NCBI GenBank assembly: GCA_964447285.1
Contig: CAYURO010000013.1
Location: 16,029-80,028, forward strand
Source of the DNA: an uncultured Enterobacteriaceae bacterium
GTDB lineage: Bacteria; Myxococcota_A; UBA9042
DNA: 64,000 bases
Reading direction: 5' to 3'
Part shown: piece after piece, positions 37,244 to 47,480 of the stretch
Layout: each line of letters begins with the position of its first letter
Position numbering within the stretch: position 1 is the first letter of the stretch
Made by a program: the position numbers and the translations under genes
Notes under the pieces: generated by a model
What the model was told of the DNA's origin: nothing
What the model saw: the letters and a program-made list of their open reading frames with translations, nothing else
The model's database searches: none

Positions 37244-39695
37244 GCCTCAGCCCCTCCAGCGGACTCAAGCGGGCCGCACTTGTAGCAGGAAACACCGTCG
37301 CGACAAGAGAGACCGCCACCGAAGCCAGCGCCACGACCGCGATCTCGGCGATCTGCATGTTCACCGGCAGGGTCCGCACGTAATAGGCCTCTGGAAGCTG
37401 GATGCCGAGCGTCTGAATCAGCGTGCACGTGCCGATCCCCAAAATCCCACCCGCCATGGTGCCGATCAGGCCGATCACCCCGCCCATCTGCACGAACGAC
37501 GATCGGATCGCTCCGGCCGAGCTGCCCATCGCCCGCAGCATCGCAATGCTGTCCCGCTTCTGCAGGATGACCATCGTCAACGCCGACACGATAGAGAACG
37601 CCGCAACCAGGATGATCAATCCCAACACCAGAAAAATCACCAGCCGCTCGAACGCCAGCGCTGAGAACAGCGACCGGTTCAGCGCCCGCCAGTCCAGCAC
37701 CTGCACGTCGTCGGGAGCGCCCAGTTCCTTCAGCTTCGCCCGCGCGGCGGCGACCACGGCATCCGGCTGTTCTGGAGCAACCAGCCGCAATTCCAATACG
37801 TTTGCATCACCATCGAGGTTGAAGTAGCGAGCCGCCTCGCCCAAATCAATGTAGGCGACCTTGCTGTCGGCCTCGTACAGACCCGTCTCGAAAGTGCCGG
37901 CCAAGCGGAACGTGCGGACGCGGGGACGCAGACCCGTTGGCCCCACGTCGGCGTCGGGCGTGACGACCTCGATGCGATCGCCCAGCTCGACCTGCAGCGA
38001 CCGCGCAAGCTCGGAACCCAAGAGAATCCCAGGCGCGACGGGCACATCCACCGACTCGCCGGGCAGCGTCGCGCTGTCGTCGCCGAGCATCCGACCCAGG
38101 TCGGGGGCGATCAGCTTGGGCGATGCCGGAGGGCTCAGCGGCACATCGGGCAACGTACTGGACTCCTCGGGCAGCTCCCCATGCCCCACGGCATCCGGGT
38201 CTGCCGCAGGAGCCAAGCGCACGGCCTCGTCGGAAGGCAGCAGGAGCGGACCATGCTCCACCCGTGGCATCGGTCGCCCGTTTCCAGGTGGGGCCACCTG
38301 GGGCGGCGCGGGGGTGGCGGGGCCTGGCGCCATTCGCAAAAGATCATCGATGGTCTCGCGTGGCTGCACGTCGCTGGATGGCACCAGCGCGGGCGCCGGC
38401 GGCAAGTCGCTTTCCTCTTCGGTGGGGCGGCGCACCAGCGCGCGGTCGGTACCCAGAGAAGCCGGCTCCTGAAGCAAGCGCAGGCTGCCCGTCACGAGGG
38501 TGCCACCAAGCTCACGGCGAACTTCGTCCAAGTGCACGTCGACACCGCGGACTGCCACGAAATTGTTCACATTGAAGGCCGACGACAGTATCGCGTCGCC
38601 GCGGACCTGCGGGCTGACACCGGCCACACCCGGCAGGTTGCGCAGGGCACGGGCGATCCGGGCGGCACCGACCAGAGGCTCTGCACGTCCGGGTCGCTCA
38701 ACCAGCGCATGGGCATTGGCCACCAGCATCTTCGCGCGAAGGTCCGACGCGAAGCCGCCCATGACGGACAGCACCACGATCAGTGCCCACGTTCCCGCTG
38801 CGACACCCACGATCGAGACAAACACCGGCAGCGAAACCTTGGCCTGCCCCTGCAACACCAGATACAGCCCCGCGATCGCGGCGACCACAGCCACCGACCC
38901 CACCGGCACTGCCCAAACCCGAGGCGCGAATGCGAAGGCGACGGCGGCGGCGACCAGCAGCAACAGCCCTAGCGGCAACAGGATCTGCCCAAGCCGCTGC
39001 AGCCGCGTGGCCAGCCCCGGGGTCGAGCCCGCCCGCCACGCCGTGAACGCGACCACGGCCACCAACGTTCCCAACGCCCAAGGCGCATCGAACCACTGCA
39101 AGACCAGCGGATGTCGCGCCGCCCAAGCCCCCACCACCGCGACCGCCGTCAATACGAGCAACAGCAGCCCCCGTCTGGCCCGTGGCCAAGGCAACCCGGC
39201 GACCGCGATAAGCGCACCGTGAAGGGCCAGCACTCCCGCAAAGTTACGCAGAGCCACCGTCAGTGCGCCGCCGCCGCCATCCACCACGCCCCACTGCACC
39301 ACGCCAGCCACGCCCGCGACTGCCGCCATGGCACCGATGGGAAGCCAGCGCCAAGGCCGCACCAGGCTGGCGTCGGGCACTGCATCCACCGCACCGCACA
39401 GCTGCGACCACAAGCGCATCGGCAGTGGCCGTACCAGCCGCGGCGCGCGCAGGAAAGACCAGGCGATGAAGGTGCTTGGACGATTCTGCATCGGCCGGGT
39501 CAGCAGGCGGACAATGCCCAAGCCCAGAACCGAGAACATGGCGGCCACGGCCAGCGCGGCGACGATCACGCCCAACAGCTGCAGGACCAGCCAAGTCTGA
39601 AAGCCGATCTGGTCGTTCCCCGAGCGCACGAGGGCCTCGGGGACCGCCGCCAGCGCTGCGAGCGCCAGCAGGAACGCCAGACGGCGCGTATGCAC
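37236..39695 (-). CDS. lolE: Lipoprotein-releasing ABC transporter permease LolC/E with extra TM block and Pro-rich insert
   Basis: SIVGVAAGTWALIVVLSVMGGF, FETGLYEAD, DWRALNRSLFSAL, IAMLRAMG and PLEGLRH; lies between lysS and lolD. Confidence 0.9.
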   Translation of the reverse strand: MHTRRLAFLLALAALAAVPEALVRSGNDQIGFQTWLVLQLLGVIVAALAVAAMFSVLGLGIVRLLTRPMQNRPSTFIAWSFLRAPRLVRPLPMRLWSQLCGAVDAVPDASLVRPWRWLPIGAMAAVAGVAGVVQWGVVDGGGGALTVALRNFAGVLALHGALIAVAGLPWPRARRGLLLLVLTAVAVVGAWAARHPLVLQWFDAPWALGTLVAVVAFTAWRAGSTPGLATRLQRLGQILLPLGLLLLVAAAVAFAFAPRVWAVPVGSVAVVAAIAGLYLVLQGQAKVSLPVFVSIVGVAAGTWALIVVLSVMGGFASDLRAKMLVANAHALVERPGRAEPLVGAARIARALRNLPGVAGVSPQVRGDAILSSAFNVNNFVAVRGVDVHLDEVRRELGGTLVTGSLRLLQEPASLGTDRALVRRPTEEESDLPPAPALVPSSDVQPRETIDDLLRMAPGPATPAPPQVAPPGNGRPMPRVEHGPLLLPSDEAVRLAPAADPDAVGHGELPEESSTLPDVPLSPPASPKLIAPDLGRMLGDDSATLPGESVDVPVAPGILLGSELARSLQVELGDRIEVVTPDADVGPTGLRPRVRTFRLAGTFETGLYEADSKVAYIDLGEAARYFNLDGDANVLELRLVAPEQPDAVVAAARAKLKELGAPDDVQVLDWRALNRSLFSALAFERLVIFLVLGLIILVAAFSIVSALTMVILQKRDSIAMLRAMGSSAGAIRSSFVQMGGVIGLIGTMAGGILGIGTCTLIQTLGIQLPEAYYVRTLPVNMQIAEIAVVALASVAVSLVATVFPATSAARLSPLEGLRHG

Positions 39696-41399
39696 CTAGA
39701 CTCCCTCGGTGGATTCTGGCGACGCGTTATCCGCGATTTGTCCAGCATCCGCACGGGTTTCTGGTCGCATATGCGGAAACAGGATCACTTCCCGGATGCT
39801 CTCGGTGTTCGTCAGCAGCATCACCAACCGGTCCACGCCGATGCCACAGCCGGCCGTCGGAGGCAGGCCGTACTCGAGGGCGCGGACGTAATCCAGATCC
39901 ATGTCCATCGTCTCTTCAGCGCCTTGAGCCTTCTGGGCCAGCTGGGCCTCGAAGCGCTCAAACTGGTCGACGGGGTCGTTCAACTCACTAAACGCGTTGG
40001 AGATCTCCATGCCGGCGACGTAGAGCTCGAAGCGGTCGACCAGGCTGGGGTCGCTGTCCTTGCGGCGAGACAGCGGCGAGACCTCGGCCGGGAAGTCCAT
40101 CACGAAGGTCGGTTGGATCAGGTGCGGCTCGGCGGCGTGCTCGAACAGGTCCATCTGCACCTTGCCCAAGCCTGCCTTCGGGTCGATGTAAAGATCGAGC
40201 GCGTCCGCGCACTTGCGCAGGGCCACCCTGTCGTTCACGTCGGCAGCAGCCACGCCCGCCCAGCGCTGCAGGCCCTCGTGGACCGTGACACGGGCAAATG
40301 GCGCGCGGAACGAGATCTGCCGTGGGGTGCCGTCCGGGTTCGTGCCATAGACCAAATCCGGGCTGCCGGTGACGTCGACCGCAAGCTTGGCAAACAACGT
40401 CTCTACCTCATCCATCAGATCATGATAGGTAGCATAAGCACGGTAGAACTCTAGCATTGTGAACTCAGGGTTATGCCGCTGCGACAGCCCCTCGTTGCGG
40501 AAGTTCCGGTTCAGTTCGTAGACACGCTCAAGCCCGCCAACCACCAGACGCTTCAGGTGCAGCTCTGGCGCGATGCGCAGGTACAGCGGCATGTCCAGGG
40601 CGTTGTGATGGGTCGTGAAGGGCCGGGCCGCCGCTCCGCCCAGCAGCGTGTGCATCATCGGCGTCTCGACCTCCAGGTAGTCCCGACTGTCGAAGAACGC
40701 CCGCAAGCCGCGCACCACCAAGGCCCGACGCCGCACGATCTCGCGCGTATCATCGTTCATGATCAGGTCGACATAGCGCTGTCGAAAGCGAGTCTCCTTG
40801 TCCTGCAGGCCGTGGTACTTCTCTGGCAGGGGCCGCACGCCCTTGGTCAGCACGCGCAAGCAAGGGGCCCCCGCCAGCTCACCCACGAACGGAATGCCTG
40901 TGTCGTCCGTCAGGCAGGCCCGCAGCGATGGCTCTCCGGTCTGGGTGCGGAACGGCCTACCCACCACGCCCAAGATGTCGCCCATGTCGATGGCGCGGTC
41001 ACCCTTGAACATCTGGTCCCACAGCGCCTCGTCCTCGTTGCGCTGGAAGAACACTTGAAACGTCGAGGCACCCTCTTCGCGCGACTCCAGCCCCGCTGCC
41101 AGACGCAGCGCATTCTCTTCCTTGCGCAACCGCAACACCTCGGGACCCGAGCGGTCGCGCAGCCGCAGGAAGGCGACCTTGCCCTTGATGTTCACGGCCA
41201 TGACGCGACCTGCCAGACGAACGGCGGGGCCGGGCGTGCGGTCGGGATTGTGGGATTCCAGATGGGCAAACAGCGCGCGCATCAGGTCGGCGCCTGTGTG
41301 CGTGGGCTGAAAGTCGTTGGGATACGGGATCTCGCCGGCGGTTCGGGCCGCGTCGATCTTGGCGAGCCGCTGGCGCATCATGTCGTTGCGTTCGAGCAT
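39696..41399 (-). CDS. lysS: Lysine--tRNA ligase (class II)
   Basis: RFRQRYVDL, LRIAPELHLKRL, FRNEG...HNPEF, ELNDP and GLPPTAGCGIGVDRL. Confidence 0.97.
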   Translation of the reverse strand: MLERNDMMRQRLAKIDAARTAGEIPYPNDFQPTHTGADLMRALFAHLESHNPDRTPGPAVRLAGRVMAVNIKGKVAFLRLRDRSGPEVLRLRKEENALRLAAGLESREEGASTFQVFFQRNEDEALWDQMFKGDRAIDMGDILGVVGRPFRTQTGEPSLRACLTDDTGIPFVGELAGAPCLRVLTKGVRPLPEKYHGLQDKETRFRQRYVDLIMNDDTREIVRRRALVVRGLRAFFDSRDYLEVETPMMHTLLGGAAARPFTTHHNALDMPLYLRIAPELHLKRLVVGGLERVYELNRNFRNEGLSQRHNPEFTMLEFYRAYATYHDLMDEVETLFAKLAVDVTGSPDLVYGTNPDGTPRQISFRAPFARVTVHEGLQRWAGVAAADVNDRVALRKCADALDLYIDPKAGLGKVQMDLFEHAAEPHLIQPTFVMDFPAEVSPLSRRKDSDPSLVDRFELYVAGMEISNAFSELNDPVDQFERFEAQLAQKAQGAEETMDMDLDYVRALEYGLPPTAGCGIGVDRLVMLLTNTESIREVILFPHMRPETRADAGQIADNASPESTEGV

Positions 41400-41516
41400 G
41401 GAAAACCCTCAGGGATCGGCCGGCAGCGGGCGGGGGTCCCCGAGTCGGGCCAAAAACGACTTGCGCCGCTCCCCTTATCGCAAGGCAAGGGGGCGGCGCA
41501 AGTTCGCAAGGGCATC

Positions 41517-41593
<77 letters not shown>

Positions 41594-41724
41594 TCAGCAC
41601 GCGGCCCTTCGGCACGTGCGGGCGGGGCGTGTACCATGGCGGTGGGACACGCGCAAGCCCCCATGCCCCGGAATGCCCCCCCTGCGCGCTTGCGCCCACC
41701 GTCAGGATGGGCTACGGACTCTGC

Positions 41725-44376
41725 ATGAAGACTGAACATCTCGACCCGCACGCTCCCCTTCGCGAAGATGTCCGGATGCTCGGCGAGCTGGTTGGCCAGA
41801 CCGTTGCGCTGCAGGAGGGCCGGCCGAGGTACGATCTGGTCGAGCGTGTCCGGGTGTTGTCGAAGGCGGCCCGTCATGGCGACGCTGAGTCGTGGACCGA
41901 GCTGCGCCGTCTGCTCGCCGATGCGTCACCGCAAGACGCTCTCGTCGTGGCTCGGGCGTTCGCGCACTTCCTGTCGCTGGCCAACATCGCCGAGCAGTAC
42001 CACCGGATCCGCAGGCGCAGGGCCTGGTTGCGCAAGCCGTCCGGGGCGCCTCAGCCGGGTTCGCTGGACGAGGCGTTTCCGCGCTTCCTTGCAGCCGGCA
42101 TCCCGGCGGCACAGCTGCGGCAGACCGTGTGCGACCTTCGCATCGAGCTGGTCCTGACCGCTCACCCGACCGAGATCAACCGCCGAACCTTGCTGCACAA
42201 GCACAACCGGGTGGCAGAGCTGCTGGCGGTATTGGACCGCTCTGACCTGACACCCAGCGAGACCCGCGAGGGCCTGGACGACCTGCGGCGAGAGATCGCG
42301 ACCCTGTGGCACACCGACGAGGTGTTGCGCCACCGCCCGACACCCGTGGACGAAGCGCGTGGAGGACTGCTGGTCTTCGAGCAAACGTTGTGGGACACGG
42401 TGCCGCGCTATGCAAGGGCTCTCGACACGGCACTGACGGGACACACGGGAGAGGGGCTACCACTTGACGCCGCGCCGATCCGCTTCGGGTCGTGGATGGG
42501 CGGTGACCGCGACGGCAATCCCAATGTCACGCCTGCGGTTACGCGCGAGGTGTGCATGGTGGCGCGCTGGATGGCCGCCGACTTGTATCACCGCGAGATC
42601 GACCAGCTGCGCGCCGAGCTGTCGATGGTCGGCTGCAGCCCAGAGCTGCGCGCGCGCGTGGGCGACGTCGAGGAGCCGTATCGTGCGCTCCTGCGAGTGG
42701 TTCGCGAGCGGTTGGAATCGACGCTGAAGTGGTCAGCGGCCAGCTTCGTGGAACCGACGCCGCCACCGGCCGATGCCTATCTGCACGTCGAAGACCTGCG
42801 CGAGCCTTTGCAGCTGATGTGGCGGTCGCTGCACGAGACCGGTCTCGAGGTGGCGGCGCAAGGTCGTCTCTTGGATATCCTGAGGAGAATTGCCTGCTTT
42901 GGCCTGACGCTGGTTCACCTCGATGTCCGGCAGGAGGCAGACCGGCACACCCGAACGCTGGACGCCATCACGCGCGAGCTGGGGTTGGGTGCATACGCGT
43001 TGTGGAGCGAAGACGAGAGGGTGGCCTTCCTGCGCCGTGAGCTCGCAAGCCGGCGTCCGCTGGTGCCGAGGGGGCTGCAGGCTTCACCCGACGTCCAAGA
43101 GGTGCTGGACACGATGGCCGTGCTGGCGCAGGTGCCACGCGACTCGCTGGGCGCGTACGTGATCTCGATGGCGCGGTCTGCCTCGGACGTGCTGGCGGTC
43201 GAGTTGCTGCAGCGTGAGGCGGGTATCGAACCTCCGCTGCGGGTGGTGCCGTTGTTCGAGACGCTGGCGGACTTGCAGGGCGCTGGCGCGTCGGTGCAGG
43301 CGCTGCTGGACCAGGGTGGGTACGGCGAACGAGCGGGCGGTCAGCTGGAAGTGATGATCGGCTACTCGGATTCTGCCAAAGATGCCGGAAGGTTGGCTGC
43401 GGCGTGGGCGCTCTACCAAGCACAGGAGGAGATTGTCCGGATCTGCGAGACCCGTGGCGTGGCCCTGACGTTGTTTCACGGCCGCGGCGGGTCGGTCGGT
43501 CGGGGCGGCGGTCCCACCCACGTCGCGATTCGCTCGCAGCCCCCGGGGACGGTACGCGGCACGCTGCGGGTGACTGAGCAGGGGGAGATGATTCAGTCGA
43601 AATTCGGCCTGCCCGGAATCGCCTTGCGCAACCTGGAACTGTACACGACGGCGGTGGTCGAGGCGACGCTGGTCCCCCCTGCCCCGTGCCACCCAGAGTG
43701 GCGCGAGTTGATGGATCGGCTCTCGGAGCGGTCGCTACAGGTGTACCGCGGGGTGGTGCGGGAAGAACCGAGGTTTCTGCCGTACTTCCGCGCCGTCACC
43801 CCCGAGGCTGAGCTGAGTCGCCTGAACATCGGCAGCCGCCCCGCACGCAGACAAACAGGCGGTGGTATCGAGACCTTGCGAGCCATCCCGTGGATCTTCG
43901 CTTGGACGCAGACCCGCCTGATGCTGCCTGCGTGGCTGGGCGTTGGCGAGGCACTGGCCGAGGCCCTGGCGGGACCGGACCGCGAGCGGCTGCTGGACAT
44001 GGCACAACACTGGGCCTTCTTCCGCATGTCCCTGGCAATGGTCGAGATGGTGCTGGCAAAGACTTCACCCACGATCGCGACTCGTTACGACGAGCTACTG
44101 GCAAACCCGGAGCTGGCCGGCCTGGGACGCGAGCTGCGCGACCGGCATGACCGAACCGTCGAAGCGCTGGTGGAGACGCTGGGGCAAAAGGCACTGCTGG
44201 AGGACAACCCCGTGCTCGCGCGGTCGGTACAGGTGCGCAATCCCTACGTGGACCCGCTGAACCTGCTGCAGGCCGAGTTGCTGCGGCGCGTGCGCGTACA
44301 AACGGACCCGACGCTGGACGACGCGCTGATGGTGACGATCAAGGGGATTGCGGCGGGGATGCGCAACACCGGTTAA
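41725..44376 (+). CDS. ppc: Phosphoenolpyruvate carboxylase
   Basis: VLTAHPTE, SWMGGDRDGNP, VMIGYSDSAKD, FHGRGGSVGRGG, LRAIPW and terminal GMRNTG. Confidence 0.97.
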   Translation: MKTEHLDPHAPLREDVRMLGELVGQTVALQEGRPRYDLVERVRVLSKAARHGDAESWTELRRLLADASPQDALVVARAFAHFLSLANIAEQYHRIRRRRAWLRKPSGAPQPGSLDEAFPRFLAAGIPAAQLRQTVCDLRIELVLTAHPTEINRRTLLHKHNRVAELLAVLDRSDLTPSETREGLDDLRREIATLWHTDEVLRHRPTPVDEARGGLLVFEQTLWDTVPRYARALDTALTGHTGEGLPLDAAPIRFGSWMGGDRDGNPNVTPAVTREVCMVARWMAADLYHREIDQLRAELSMVGCSPELRARVGDVEEPYRALLRVVRERLESTLKWSAASFVEPTPPPADAYLHVEDLREPLQLMWRSLHETGLEVAAQGRLLDILRRIACFGLTLVHLDVRQEADRHTRTLDAITRELGLGAYALWSEDERVAFLRRELASRRPLVPRGLQASPDVQEVLDTMAVLAQVPRDSLGAYVISMARSASDVLAVELLQREAGIEPPLRVVPLFETLADLQGAGASVQALLDQGGYGERAGGQLEVMIGYSDSAKDAGRLAAAWALYQAQEEIVRICETRGVALTLFHGRGGSVGRGGGPTHVAIRSQPPGTVRGTLRVTEQGEMIQSKFGLPGIALRNLELYTTAVVEATLVPPAPCHPEWRELMDRLSERSLQVYRGVVREEPRFLPYFRAVTPEAELSRLNIGSRPARRQTGGGIETLRAIPWIFAWTQTRLMLPAWLGVGEALAEALAGPDRERLLDMAQHWAFFRMSLAMVEMVLAKTSPTIATRYDELLANPELAGLGRELRDRHDRTVEALVETLGQKALLEDNPVLARSVQVRNPYVDPLNLLQAELLRRVRVQTDPTLDDALMVTIKGIAAGMRNTG

Positions 44377-44412
44377 CGCAACAGGAAAGTGCGAGCCGAC
44401 CTGTCCAGCAGG

Positions 44413-45792
44413 CTAGGTGCGCTGGGGCAACGCGGTTTCAGGTTGCGGCAGAGGGTCGGGGGGCGGCGCATCGATCGCGGCGTCCTCTGCTTCTCGGCCC
44501 TCACGCCGCCGCTCCAGCACTTGGTGGTGTGCGATCAGGTACAGCAACAGAATGGGGAACCACATCGGTAGTCGAAACAATGTCGTGCCGGCAATCGATG
44601 CAGAGAAGCTGGCCGCACCCGCAGCAAGCACGGCGTTGCCGTACAGATGACGCGAGGTCCAGCGCCGAATTCCACGGACTCCGACGATGACTCCGCCAAG
44701 CACGATCGACACATACAGAACCAGCATCGGGATGCCGTAGGCGACGACTACCGACAAGATCGAGGAGTGCAGCGCAGTGTCGCGCCCCGACACGCGATAG
44801 GCGTGCATGGTAGGGAAGCCCGTACTGCCCCAGCCAAAGAAAGGCCGGTCCGGGATCAGAATCTTTGCAAAATCGAGCTGGGAGAGGCGCTCAGAAGTCA
44901 GGTCGTCGTCGACCTGGTCGGCGCGAACCGTGCCCAACACCCGTTGGTCATAGGACCGCGGCGACACGATGACAAATGCACCGATCGAGAGTGCGATAAC
45001 CAAAACGTTGCCAAACCGCGAGGCCGCCGACCGGCCCGAGGCCACCGCGAACACGACAAGGCCAAGTACCATGCCCAACGACCCCCCGCGCGAGGCGGCG
45101 GCAAACTGGCAGTAGAGGGCGCCCCCGACGGCCAACAGCCCCAAGACGCGAGCCATCCCTCGATTCTCGCGGTCGAGCAGCAGTGCAAGGGCAAAAGGCA
45201 GGACGCGAGCTGCTTCCTCAGCCATCAAGTTTGGCTGGTGCATCGGACCGCGCGCACGAACGACGCCCGTGCCCAACCGCTCCCAACCCACTTCGATGAA
45301 CACAGCGACCGCGATCAGCACGATGCCGGCAGCCTGTCCCATGCCGATGACGCGAACTGCGCGAGCGTCCATTGGGATCTGGCTGAGCATCAGAAACATG
45401 CCAAACGTGCCCATGATTTCGTAGAGCATCGTCATGGAGGAGCCGAAGGGTGCGAGCGTCTCAGACACCAGCACCAAGACGCTCATGGCCAGAATGCCGG
45501 CAGAGAAGCCGACGGGGATGGACCTGACGTGCCGCTGCTTCAAGACTGTGCCGAGTGTGGCGATACCCAGCAGGACACCGACGATCTTGAAGGGCGTCAG
45601 GAAGGGACCGAAGTTGTACTTGCCCCACGCTTGAGCGGCGATTGCGAGAGCTGCCAGCGCGGCCGGGCTCCGGGCAAGTCGAAGCAAAAAGGGCGAGGCA
45701 AGCACCAGACCGATGAACGGCAGCGCCATGTTCTGCTGCAGGGTCGACCAAGCGAAGAGGGCCGCCACCAAAACGACGAGCAGCGGCATCAT
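44413..45792 (-). CDS. O-antigen ligase/polymerase (Wzy_C) family membrane protein
   Basis: Multi-TM; RARGPMHQPN, ASRGG, PFFGWG and LHSSIL motifs. Confidence 0.8.
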   Translation of the reverse strand: MMPLLVVLVAALFAWSTLQQNMALPFIGLVLASPFLLRLARSPAALAALAIAAQAWGKYNFGPFLTPFKIVGVLLGIATLGTVLKQRHVRSIPVGFSAGILAMSVLVLVSETLAPFGSSMTMLYEIMGTFGMFLMLSQIPMDARAVRVIGMGQAAGIVLIAVAVFIEVGWERLGTGVVRARGPMHQPNLMAEEAARVLPFALALLLDRENRGMARVLGLLAVGGALYCQFAAASRGGSLGMVLGLVVFAVASGRSAASRFGNVLVIALSIGAFVIVSPRSYDQRVLGTVRADQVDDDLTSERLSQLDFAKILIPDRPFFGWGSTGFPTMHAYRVSGRDTALHSSILSVVVAYGIPMLVLYVSIVLGGVIVGVRGIRRWTSRHLYGNAVLAAGAASFSASIAGTTLFRLPMWFPILLLYLIAHHQVLERRREGREAEDAAIDAPPPDPLPQPETALPQRT

Positions 45793-46904
45793 GAGCGGAC
45801 TCCGGCAAACCAGCGGCGAGTCGCGGTCCAGTCAGACAGCCCGCGCGGCAGCACCCAAGGCTGCACCCGATTGAGTTGCATCAGCCGGGCAGAAAGGATG
45901 CCTCCCACCAGCGCGACGACCATCCCAATGACCGCGAACACGGCGGCGTCCTGACCAAATGGCTGCCGTCCGGCGTGCAATCCGGTCAGCAACACCGATT
46001 GCAAGAACGCGGAATGACACAGATAAACGCCTAGCGACAGTCGCCCGAGGGCCGGCAGCCCGGGAATGCGCCCCAACACCGGTGCCGCTGCCACGATGGC
46101 CAGGAAGGACGCGATCGCGTCGATGTCCGTGATCAGCATCTGTGCGGGATTACGCCAACCGAACACCCCCAGGACGCCGACGTTGGTGTACAGCCCCATC
46201 CATCGCGTCGTGATCGCAAGCGCAACGGCGGCGCACGCAACGATCCACGGCCAGCGTCGCGCGAAAGGCCACAGCCAAGCCGCCGTCACACCCATCGGCA
46301 ACACGTAAACTGCGACGGCAAGACCCAACGGCGCGTGCGACCACACTCCCAGCCACAGCGCCACCGTGCCGTGAAGCGTCCACGCGGCCAGCACGACAAC
46401 GGGCAACCACCGTTGAGGCACCTTCATCAGGACCGCCCGCAGCAACGTCACCGTGAACAAAGCAGGCAAGAACCAATAGAGCTGAAAGCCGGTGGCCGCC
46501 TTCAGATCGAGCGCGTATCCAGTCAAGAGGCCCCATGCCGTTCGCCGGACGAGTTCTGCTGGCGCAACGCCTGCTCCCACCGTCAAGCCAAACACAACCG
46601 CCGTCGCCGACACCCAAATCGCGTACGGCACCAAATACCGAACGGCCCGGTCGGCCAGCCACCGCGCCTGCCATTTCGCCCGCCCCAGCAGAAACGGCAG
46701 CAGCAAGAAGCTGACCACGTGGAAGCGGTAGAGCACCGGGAACACCCACCCGAAGCCCGGTACATGTTGCATCGGCGTCAGATGCCCCAGAACGATCAGC
46801 AGAATCAGCAGCCCCTTCACGGCGTCGAAAGCGTCCAGGTCACCGCGAGCAGCGGCCGGGGGCGAGGACTCGGGCTTGGAAGAGGGCGCGGTGGCCAGAA
46901 TCAT
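45789..46904 (-). CDS. Acyltransferase-3 family membrane O-acyltransferase
   Basis: FDAVKGLLILLIVLGH, RYLVPY, LYWFLPALF and LGRLSLGVYLCH. The longer 47930 start is a shadow over trpR/trpE. Confidence 0.85.
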   Translation of the reverse strand: MILATAPSSKPESSPPAAARGDLDAFDAVKGLLILLIVLGHLTPMQHVPGFGWVFPVLYRFHVVSFLLLPFLLGRAKWQARWLADRAVRYLVPYAIWVSATAVVFGLTVGAGVAPAELVRRTAWGLLTGYALDLKAATGFQLYWFLPALFTVTLLRAVLMKVPQRWLPVVVLAAWTLHGTVALWLGVWSHAPLGLAVAVYVLPMGVTAAWLWPFARRWPWIVACAAVALAITTRWMGLYTNVGVLGVFGWRNPAQMLITDIDAIASFLAIVAAAPVLGRIPGLPALGRLSLGVYLCHSAFLQSVLLTGLHAGRQPFGQDAAVFAVIGMVVALVGGILSARLMQLNRVQPWVLPRGLSDWTATRRWFAGVRS

Positions 46905-47078
46905 GCGACGGCCTTGGCGCCGCCTTGGGCGCAGCGCGGCGCGCGGACTGTACTTCCCCAAGGGCTGGAGGGGCAAGCAGCATGGCTGCTGGGACTCGGG
47001 AGGTGGGCGAACAGGTTGGGATTCTGACCGTCTCAGGGTGGGGTTTGGGGGTAGCCAAGGACCGCGTCGTGGGCGGTC

Positions 47079-47136
47079 TTGACAACGGCCAAGGCGCTGT
47101 GTATCACTGTCACACTGTTCTGGTACGGTAATACAC
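47079..47136 (+). promoter_or_regulatory. Sigma70-type promoter of the trp operon with overlapping inverted-repeat operator
   Basis: TTGACA (47079)-17 bp-TATCAC (47102); imperfect inverted repeat GTGTATCACTGT (47099-47110) / ACGGTAATACAC (47125-47136), 10 of 12 positions complementary. Confidence 0.65.
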
Positions 47137-47165
47137 CAGATCATCCGCAACCTGCCGGAGTGTTC

Positions 47166-47480
47166 ATGAAGCCCCTCGCCGCCGAACCCGTGCACCCCGC
47201 CCTGCCCGCCGATCTGCTGGGCCTGCTGGCAAACCTGCGTGAACCCGAGGCCTTGCGCCTGGTGCTGGCCGACCTGCTGACACCTGCCGAGACCGAGGCG
47301 CTGACCGAGCGCTGGGAGATCGCCAAGCTGCTGCAGGCCGGCCACAGCCAGCGCGGCGTCAGCGCAGACCTGGGCGTCTCGATCACCACCGTCAGCCGCG
47401 GCGCCAGGCAATTGAAGTACGGTCACGGCGGGTTCCAGCTCGCGTTTCGGTCGCTCGGCGTGCCGATGGGGGACCGATGA
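47166..47480 (+). CDS. trpR: TrpR-like (Trp repressor/YerC-YecD family) transcriptional regulator
   Basis: LLTPAETEALTERW...SQRGVSADLGVSITTVSRG; first gene of the trp operon. Confidence 0.85.
   Translation: MKPLAAEPVHPALPADLLGLLANLREPEALRLVLADLLTPAETEALTERWEIAKLLQAGHSQRGVSADLGVSITTVSRGARQLKYGHGGFQLAFRSLGVPMGDR

Noticed and set aside
47085-47165. Trp attenuator or leader peptide
   Set aside because: No short ORF with tandem Trp codons and no terminator hairpin lies between the promoter and the trpR-like gene.
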